A DNA stretch of 22,231 bases from Thermoplasmata archaeon. GTDB taxonomy: Archaea > Thermoplasmatota > SW-10-69-26 > JACQPN01 > JAJPHT01. The notes under the pieces were generated by a model that did no database searches, was not told where the DNA came from, and saw only the letters and a list, made by a program, of their open reading frames with translations. The stretch covers positions 1-22,231 of the forward strand of contig JAXDQU010000015.1 of assembly GCA_034667685.1 (NCBI GenBank), read 5' to 3'. The position numbers and the translations under genes were made by a program. Shown here piece after piece: positions 16,643-22,231 of the stretch. Each line of letters opens with the position of its first letter. Within the stretch, counting starts at the first letter, position 1.

Positions 16643-17074
16643 ATGGCCGCGAAGAAAGCCGCCAAGAAAGCCACGAAGAAGGCCGCGAAGAAGCCGGCCC
16701 CGCGCAAGGACAAGGGCGAGGGCGGCGCGGCCGTGAAGGCGTGGATCGCCCACGCGAAGCCGCAGCACCGCGCGCTGGCGCAGCGCCTCGACGAGATCAT
16801 CACGGAGGAGCTTCCGGGCGCCAGGAAGGCCGTGAAGTGGGGCGCGCCCTTCTATGGGCTGGAGGGGCGGGGCTGGGTGGCGACGTTCGCCTCGTTCAAG
16901 GCCTACGTCTCGCTGGGCTTCTTCGCGGGCGCGAGCCTGAAGCCCGAGCCGCCCGAGGGCGAGTCCGGCCTGATGCGCCGCGTCAAGATCGTGGACGGAA
17001 CGGAGCCCGACGAGAAGCAGATCCGCGCGTGGCTGCGCCAGGCCGCGAAGCTCCCCGGCTGGGGCAAGGTGTAG
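16643..17074 (+). CDS. DUF1801 (YdhG-like) domain protein with Lys/Ala-rich N-terminal tail (143 aa)
   Basis: AVKWGAPFYG...F..YVSLGFFAGASL...R.VKI...IRAWLRQAAKLPGW; start at ATG 16643 (MAAKKAAKKATKKAAKKPA). Confidence 0.88.
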   Translation: MAAKKAAKKATKKAAKKPAPRKDKGEGGAAVKAWIAHAKPQHRALAQRLDEIITEELPGARKAVKWGAPFYGLEGRGWVATFASFKAYVSLGFFAGASLKPEPPEGESGLMRRVKIVDGTEPDEKQIRAWLRQAAKLPGWGKV

Positions 17075-17120
17075 CTCGGGATTCAGATCCCGAGACTTGC
17101 GCCGAAGCTGCGGCTTCGTC
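17075..17120. terminator. Two hairpins between convergent genes, possible bidirectional terminator
   Basis: CTCGGGAT-TCAG-ATCCCGAG (17075-17094, perfect 8 bp) and GCCGAAGC-TGCG-GCTTCGTC (17101-17120). Confidence 0.45.
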
Positions 17121-17148
17121 GCGTCCTCGGCATCACGCGCTCCGGCGC

Positions 17149-18306
17149 TCAGACGCCGAGGATTTCTCCGCCAATGATCACTTTCTGGATCTCGTTGGTG
17201 CCCTCGTAGATGCCGATGATCTTGCTGTCGCGCCAGTAACGCTCGACGGGGTACTCGCCCGAGAAGCCGTTGCCGCCGTGGAGCTGCACCGCGCGCTCGG
17301 TGACGCGCGTGCACGCCTCGCCCGCGTGGAGCTTGGCGAGGGAGACCGCGAGCCGGTTGTCGAGCCCCTGGTCCTTCATCCACGCGGCCTTGTAGACCAG
17401 GAGCCGCATCGTCTCGACCTCGAGCGCCATGTACGCGACGTGCTCCTTGACGAGCTGGAACTCGCCGATCTTCTTGCCGAAGGCTTCGCGCGACTTCACG
17501 TACGCGAGGCTCGCGTCGAGCGCCGCCTGCGCGATGCCCACCGCGCCCGCCGCCACCGAGAGGCGGCCGCCGTTGAGGATCTTGTTGGCCTGCTCCCAGC
17601 CGCTGTCCGGCTTGCCCAGCATGCGGTCCGCGGGGATCGTGCAGTCCTCGTACAGAAGCTCCGCGGTGGGGCTCGCGCGCAGGCCCAGCTTGCCCTTGCT
17701 CTCGACGCTGCCCACCTTGAACCCGGGGTCGTCCTTGTGCACGACGAACGTCGCGATGTGGTTGCGCTTCGTCTTCGGATCGAAGCTGTCGGTGCGCGCG
17801 TACACGACGTGGTAGTCCGCCTTGCCGCCGTCGCTGATCCACATCTTGTGGCCGTTGAGGACCCACTTGTCGCCGCGCTTCACGGCCGTGGTCCGCAGGC
17901 CCGCGGCGTCGCTCCCGCTCTGGGGCTCGGTGAGCGCCCACGCGCCGCGCTTCTCGCCGCTGCTGATCTTCGGGAGGTAGAGCCGCTTCTGCGCCTCGTT
18001 CCCGAAGAGCAGGACGTTCATCCCGAAGAGGCTCGTGTTGACCGAGATGGTCGTGCGCAACGAGCTGCACCCCTTCGCCAGCTCCTCGGTGAGCATCGCG
18101 TACGTCACCGCGTCGAGCCCTGCGCCGCCGTACTCGGTCGGGATCGGCGCGCCCAGCAGGCCCAGCTCGCCCAGCTTGCGGAACACCGCGTCGGGCACGT
18201 CGCCCTTCTCCTCCCACGCCTCGACGTGGGGCGCGATCTCCTTGGCGACGAACTCCTGCACGGTCTGCCGCAGGAGACGCTGCTCCTCGGTGATGGCGAA
18301 TTCCAT
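17149..18306 (-). CDS. Acyl-CoA dehydrogenase (385 aa)
   Basis: ALTEPQSGSD, LNGHKMWISDG, KLGLRASPT, REAFGKKIGEFQ, QLHGGNG, IYEGTNEIQK; TTTCTATA ~25 nt upstream on the minus strand. Confidence 0.96.
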   Translation of the reverse strand: MEFAITEEQRLLRQTVQEFVAKEIAPHVEAWEEKGDVPDAVFRKLGELGLLGAPIPTEYGGAGLDAVTYAMLTEELAKGCSSLRTTISVNTSLFGMNVLLFGNEAQKRLYLPKISSGEKRGAWALTEPQSGSDAAGLRTTAVKRGDKWVLNGHKMWISDGGKADYHVVYARTDSFDPKTKRNHIATFVVHKDDPGFKVGSVESKGKLGLRASPTAELLYEDCTIPADRMLGKPDSGWEQANKILNGGRLSVAAGAVGIAQAALDASLAYVKSREAFGKKIGEFQLVKEHVAYMALEVETMRLLVYKAAWMKDQGLDNRLAVSLAKLHAGEACTRVTERAVQLHGGNGFSGEYPVERYWRDSKIIGIYEGTNEIQKVIIGGEILGV

Positions 18307-18443
18307 GACGCGGCGACTGGAATCCGAGTATAGAAAGAATTGGCTCCTCAGCCCGGGCCGGCCGCCGTCCTTCGTCGCGCGTCCACGGGCTCTTCCCGCC
18401 TCGTGACGGCTGGCTTTTCGAGCGAGAGGACGTAGCCCGCCGC

Positions 18444-18962
18444 ATGCGAGGTTGGCGATTGGCGTTCGCGATGTTCCTTCTTGGATGCGTTCCCACGCTT
18501 GGCGCGTCCGCGCAGACGTCGCGCTGCGCGGACCTCGTGACGTTCCAGGTCTCCGACGCCTCCCAGACGCGCGCCGCGGGCGAGAGCGCCGCCTTCACGC
18601 TCCACCTGAGCAGCCTGGCCGACGTCCCCGTCCAGGTCGCGTTCTCCGTCGCGCCCGAGAAGGGGGGCTGGACCGTCGCGCTGCCCGGCCCGGTGGGCCT
18701 GCCCGCGAAGACGGCCTCCGGCCCCGCGACGGAGGACGCGCGGCTCACGGTCCGCTCCCCCGCCGACGCGCACGGCGTCTCGTACGCGGCCTCCGTCGTC
18801 GCGCACGTGACGTGCCGGGACGCCGGCGGGTCCCAGGCGCAGGACTACCGCCAGTCGATCCTTCTTCAGACCCGCGCCGCGGCGCCCGGCGTTCCCCTTC
18901 AGGCGCTCCTCGCCGCCGCGCTCCTGGTTGCGCTCGCAGCCGGCCGCCGCGGCCGGGCCTGA
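18444..18962 (+). CDS. Secreted or surface protein with a PGF-CTERM-like C-terminal anchor (172 aa)
   Basis: N-terminal signal peptide, Ig-like beta pattern, C-terminal tripartite APGV-hydrophobic-RRGRA tail. Confidence 0.75.
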   Translation: MRGWRLAFAMFLLGCVPTLGASAQTSRCADLVTFQVSDASQTRAAGESAAFTLHLSSLADVPVQVAFSVAPEKGGWTVALPGPVGLPAKTASGPATEDARLTVRSPADAHGVSYAASVVAHVTCRDAGGSQAQDYRQSILLQTRAAAPGVPLQALLAAALLVALAAGRRGRA

Positions 18963-19041
18963 CGCTCTCGTGAGACCCTATTCGCACGGTCCAAAGCCGT
19001 TCAACCCACGATATACCCCCTCGCCGGGGTGGAACGTCTCG

Positions 19042-19170
19042 ATGACCTTCCAGAACCCGTTCCTCCCCCGCGTCGCGCCCCGCACGTCGTGCCCCTTCTG
19101 CGCCGGCTTCGCCGGCCAGGGGGCGCTGTGCAACCTGTGCGCCCGGGCGGCCCGGGGGGTGCGGCCGTGA
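19042..19170 (+). CDS. Zinc-finger microprotein 1 (42 aa)
   Basis: MTFQNPFLPRVAPRTSCPFCAGFAGQGALCNLCARAARGVRP*: CPFC-x9-CNLC; GATATA at 19010-19015 and GGGGTGG upstream. Confidence 0.65.
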   Translation: MTFQNPFLPRVAPRTSCPFCAGFAGQGALCNLCARAARGVRP

Positions 19171-19343
19171 GCCTCACGTTCTTCACGCTGCGGCGCGTGC
19201 CGGCGCCCGGCCAGCTCGGGAGCCTCGCGGGGTGCCCGCTCTGCCGCGGCGCCTCGCCTCCCTGCCTCGCGTGCCGCGACGAGCTGCGCGAGCGGCTCAC
19301 CGAGCTGAACCTCGCGGGTCAGGTCGAGGCCGCGCTGAACTGA
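19167..19343 (+). CDS. Zinc-finger microprotein 2 (58 aa)
   Basis: GTGA overlap with the previous ORF; MSLTFFTLRRVPAPGQLGSLAGCPLCRGASPPCLACRDELRERLTELNLAGQVEAALN*: CPLC-x6-CLAC plus a helical tail. Confidence 0.65.
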   Translation: MSLTFFTLRRVPAPGQLGSLAGCPLCRGASPPCLACRDELRERLTELNLAGQVEAALN

Positions 19344-19437
19344 CGCTGAACTTGGAGCACGGAGGCCCGCCGAGGGGCCCGGGTCGCGCGTCGAGGCTGG
19401 CGCGCTCCCGGAGCCCCCCGGCGGAGAAACTGTCCGC

Positions 19438-19620
19438 TCAGGGACAATCGAAGTGCTCGACGCCGCCGAGGATCACGAAGTGGCAGTAGCCGCTGGAACA
19501 GGCGGTGCCGGAGACGACGGGGCCGCCGCTCTCCACGCACGACGCCGACGCCTCGGGCGCGGCCATGACGACGGCGGTGAACGCGAGGGCAAGGACGACG
19601 AGCATGCTGAGGGTCTTCAT
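19438..19620 (-). CDS. Secreted cysteine-rich peptide precursor (60 aa)
   Basis: Sec-type signal MKTLSMLVVLALAFTAVVMAAPEASA followed by a 34-aa mature region with 4 Cys. Confidence 0.75.
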   Translation of the reverse strand: MKTLSMLVVLALAFTAVVMAAPEASASCVESGGPVVSGTACSSGYCHFVILGGVEHFDCP

Positions 19621-19721
19621 GGGTTGTCACGTTTCCTGAGGCGCGAGGCCTCAGGCGGTAACCGCACGCGGAGTGCAAAGGGACCATAGCCCGACGTTTG
19701 CCCTGTTGCTCGGCCCGACGC

Positions 19722-20285
19722 TCAGTAGAGGAACCGGACCGAGCTCGCGCGGTTGTCCCAGCCGTTGATGTAGAGCTGGTCGAGGTCGCACTTCTGGACC
19801 GTCAGGCCACACTCGTAGTAGGAGCCGGTCGAGCCGATCGTGTCGAAGTGGCGGAACCAGTGGCAGCCCGAGCCCGAGTCGATGATCGCCGAGGACGTGC
19901 GGTCATTCCAGTCGGCCGAGAAGTCGCCGCGGTAGCTGATGGTCGACGTGCAGCCGGTCGAGCCCCACCAGTTGAACGTGGCGCCGGTGAGCTGCGACCC
20001 GTCGTAGTCGACGCCCAGCGTGACGCTCGTGAGCGTGCTGAAGCTCGACTGGAAGGGCGCGGGCGCGTCGCGCATCATGGCCTCGATGGATCGGCCGCGC
20101 GGGGCGTGCGTGCACCACTGCGGGGAGTGGTCCGCGCCCGCCGGCACGGGCATGAGGAAGCAGTGGGTGTCGTACGGCAGGATGGAGTCCTGCTGGGCGG
20201 CGGCGTCGGCCTGGACGCCGGGAAGGGCGAGGACGGAGCCGAACATAATCGCAAGCGCGATGGAGCGAACGCTGGAAGTGGTCAC
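19722..20285 (-). CDS. Secreted protein with beta/gamma-crystallin-like (peptidase inhibitor I36-like) C-terminal domain (~187 aa)
   Basis: Signal-like N-terminus from GTG 20285 (RSIALAIMFGSVLALPGVQA); motifs WNDRTSS and WDNRASSVRF; 6 Cys. Confidence 0.7.
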   Translation of the reverse strand: MTTSSVRSIALAIMFGSVLALPGVQADAAAQQDSILPYDTHCFLMPVPAGADHSPQWCTHAPRGRSIEAMMRDAPAPFQSSFSTLTSVTLGVDYDGSQLTGATFNWWGSTGCTSTISYRGDFSADWNDRTSSAIIDSGSGCHWFRHFDTIGSTGSYYECGLTVQKCDLDQLYINGWDNRASSVRFLY

Positions 20286-20368
20286 GAGGATCCCTGCCCG
20301 GTAACGCCCGGGCAAGCCCCCACGGCGCGACCTAGACAAATAGGCCTAGCGAAGTCCGAATCGGTCAG

Positions 20369-21199
20369 TTACGCACGAGGGGGGCGGGCCACGTAGGCCC
20401 AAGCCGCGCCGCCCACGGCCGTCACGACAAGGGCAAGGACGGCGCCAGAACGGGCAAGCCCGCTTCCGACCGCCACGTCGAGGCTGGGCAGGACGTTCAC
20501 GATGAGCGTGACCGGCCCCTCCGTGGGGCCCGGGAGCGTGACGTGGACGTCGCCTTCGCCCGCCTCCGCCACGACGCAGTGCCACCAGACGACGACGAGC
20601 GGGTTGCGCAGGTTCGCCCGCTCGTCGATGTACGGCCCGGGCGCGCACGTGGCCGGCACGTCGCTCGCGAAGGTTGGCAGCCCCGGCCCGCGCCAGCCTT
20701 CGCCGTCCGCGCGCACGGCCACGTCCCACACGTCGCCGCGCCGCGCCGGGACCGGGCCCGCGTCGAGCGTGCCATTGGCGCTCGCGAAGTCGCGCGAGCC
20801 GGTGAAGGCGTGGAAGGACTCGTCGGGCGCCGTCTGGCCGAGGTCCACGTCCGGGTACGGCTCGAGGAAACCCCCGCGCGCGTACCGCTCGCGCATCGCG
20901 TCCTGCGCCAGTCCGCCCACGAGCGGCGTGACCAGCACGATTCCCGCCAGCGCGCCCGCGAGGGTGAGCGCGGGGAGCGCGCGGCGCAGGCCCGGCCCGC
21001 GACGCCGCGCCGCGTCGACGACCAGGGCGACGCCGGCCAGCGCGGGGAGGGCCGCAGCGACGCGGCTCCACCGCGCGAGGCCGAGCGCCTCCGCGTACGC
21101 GTCGTGCGGCACGGGCAGGAACGGCCAGAGGAGGAGCGGGCTCGCGAGTACGAAGGCTGCCGCGACGAAGAATGCCGCCGCGACCGCCACGCGGCGCAT
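20369..21199 (-). CDS. Membrane protein, hypothetical (276 aa): three N-terminal TMs, a soluble domain and a C-terminal TM
   Basis: Start ATG 21199 overlaps the RidA-family stop (TGATG); hydrophobicity pattern. Confidence 0.72.
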   Translation of the reverse strand: MRRVAVAAAFFVAAAFVLASPLLLWPFLPVPHDAYAEALGLARWSRVAAALPALAGVALVVDAARRRGPGLRRALPALTLAGALAGIVLVTPLVGGLAQDAMRERYARGGFLEPYPDVDLGQTAPDESFHAFTGSRDFASANGTLDAGPVPARRGDVWDVAVRADGEGWRGPGLPTFASDVPATCAPGPYIDERANLRNPLVVVWWHCVVAEAGEGDVHVTLPGPTEGPVTLIVNVLPSLDVAVGSGLARSGAVLALVVTAVGGAAWAYVARPPRA

Positions 21200-21657
21200 C
21201 ACTCGACCTCGAAGAGGAATTCGATCTCGACCGGCGCCCCAAGGGGAAGCGCGTTCGTCCCGACCGCGGCGCGGGCGTGCTTGCCCTTGTCGCCGAAGAC
21301 CTGCTGGAGAAGCTCGCTGCCGCCGTTGGCGACCTTGGGCTGGTCGGCGAACGCGTCGGCGCACGCGATGAATGCCCCCACGCGCACCACGCGGCGGACC
21401 TTGCGGAGATCGCCGATCTCGGCCTTGAGCGCCGCGAGGCCGTTGAGCACGCACTGGCGCGCCATCTGCTGCCCTTCTTCCAGGCTGACCGTCTCGCCCA
21501 GGCGCCCGGTCTTCGGGAGCTTGCCCTGGACCATCGGGAGCTGGCCCGCGACGTAGACGAGGTTGCCCGTGCGGACGGTGGGCATGTAGGCCGCGAGCGG
21601 GGGCTGGATCGTGGGCAGCGCGAGGCCGAGCTTGGCGAGGTTCTCCTCGGGGTTCAT
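21199..21657 (-). CDS. RidA/YjgF/UK114 family protein (152 aa)
   Basis: AAYMPTVRTGNLVYVAGQLP, VANGGSELL..VFG..GKHARAAVG...LP.GAPVEIE; start at ATG 21657. Confidence 0.93.
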   Translation of the reverse strand: MNPEENLAKLGLALPTIQPPLAAYMPTVRTGNLVYVAGQLPMVQGKLPKTGRLGETVSLEEGQQMARQCVLNGLAALKAEIGDLRKVRRVVRVGAFIACADAFADQPKVANGGSELLQQVFGDKGKHARAAVGTNALPLGAPVEIEFLFEVE

Positions 21658-21716
21658 CGGCCCGCGCATGCGTGGCCCGGGGAAAAGCACTTGGGGCCCG
21701 CGCGCGTCGCCGCGCC

Positions 21717-22231
21717 GTGGAGACCCTCGTCACCGCGCGCCCGCTTCCGGGACCCGGCTCCTCCTTCGAGACGCCCGCCGCGACCTGTTATCACCTCGCG
21801 CCGGGCGCCGCCGCGCCGCCGGGCACCGAGGTCGTGGTGCCGCTGCCCGACGCGACGCGGCTCGCCTACGCCCCGCGCGGCGCGGGCCCGGGCCTCGCGG
21901 TGGAGGTCCCGCTCGACCCGCGGCTGCGCGGCAACGCCTTCGTGCCGATCCACCAGAGCACGGCCACGCTCGCGGCGGCGCTCTCGGTCGCGGCGGCGCG
22001 CCGGCTCGACACCGGCCCCGAGAGCGAGCGCGTGCTCGTGGTGCTGCGCGGCCTGGGCCTCGTCTTCGCGCAGAACGGCGACACGTTCCGCGTCGAGCCG
22101 GGCTCGTTCGCCTTCGCGCCGGCCGGCGAGCCGCTGCGCGTCTGGGCGCAGGGGCCGGAGGACCTGCTCGCGGTCGTGCTCCAGCCCGTGGGCGCGGCCG
22201 TCGCGCGGCGCTCGCTCGCCGGAGAGCTGGC
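21717..22231 (+). CDS. Partial hypothetical protein with a degenerate cupin-like domain (runs off the window)
   Basis: Open frame from GTG 21717 to the end of the window: ...ESERVLVVLRGLGLVFAQNGDTFRVEPGSFAFAPAGEPLRVWAQGPEDLLAVVLQP, a cupin beta-barrel pattern without the metal-binding His residues. Confidence 0.65.
   Translation, partial: METLVTARPLPGPGSSFETPAATCYHLAPGAAAPPGTEVVVPLPDATRLAYAPRGAGPGLAVEVPLDPRLRGNAFVPIHQSTATLAAALSVAAARRLDTGPESERVLVVLRGLGLVFAQNGDTFRVEPGSFAFAPAGEPLRVWAQGPEDLLAVVLQPVGAAVARRSLAGEL

Noticed and set aside
19333-19352. Direct repeat CGCTGAACT twice at the end of the Zn-finger gene as a target-site duplication
   Set aside because: The copies are only 2 nt apart with no inserted element between them; insufficient evidence.
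21200-21733. 454-aa version of the 20369 ORF
   Set aside because: The upstream part is an alternate frame of the RidA-family gene; the TGATG coupling supports a start at 21199.

Overview
Very GC-rich (roughly 70% by eye) archaeal chromosomal segment. The gar1-tfb pair, a presenilin-family (PSH) protease, TATA-like AT islands ~25-30 nt upstream of many starts and the TFB sequence style point to Thermoplasmatota; the cytoplasmic proteins are not strongly acidic, so probably not a haloarchaeon (inference). About 29 genes: housekeeping and metabolic (MDR dehydrogenase, cystathionine beta-synthase, acyl-CoA dehydrogenase, RidA, methyltransferase, cupins, TFB, Gar1), many secreted or membrane proteins (penicillin-acylase family, S8 lipoprotein protease, presenilin homolog, membrane-anchored double-wHTH regulator) and several microproteins that the ORF track misses or misframes. 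No tRNA, rRNA, CRISPR array or transposase was seen. Most notable: (1) a membrane-tethered wHTH regulator directly followed by a subtilisin lipoprotein, with a presenilin homolog 6 kb away, a possible regulated-intramembrane-proteolysis circuit; (2) an unannotated 57-aa gene overlapping a nucleotidyltransferase, a TA-like pair; (3) two coupled CPxC zinc-finger microproteins next to a secreted 4-Cys peptide and a secreted beta/gamma-crystallin-like protein; (4) a 220-bp palindrome built from hexamer repeats around a CACAGAGGACACAGAG core; (5) a probable CTG start for the acylase; (6) a cysteine-synthase C-terminal remnant. All family calls come from motif recognition, not database searches.
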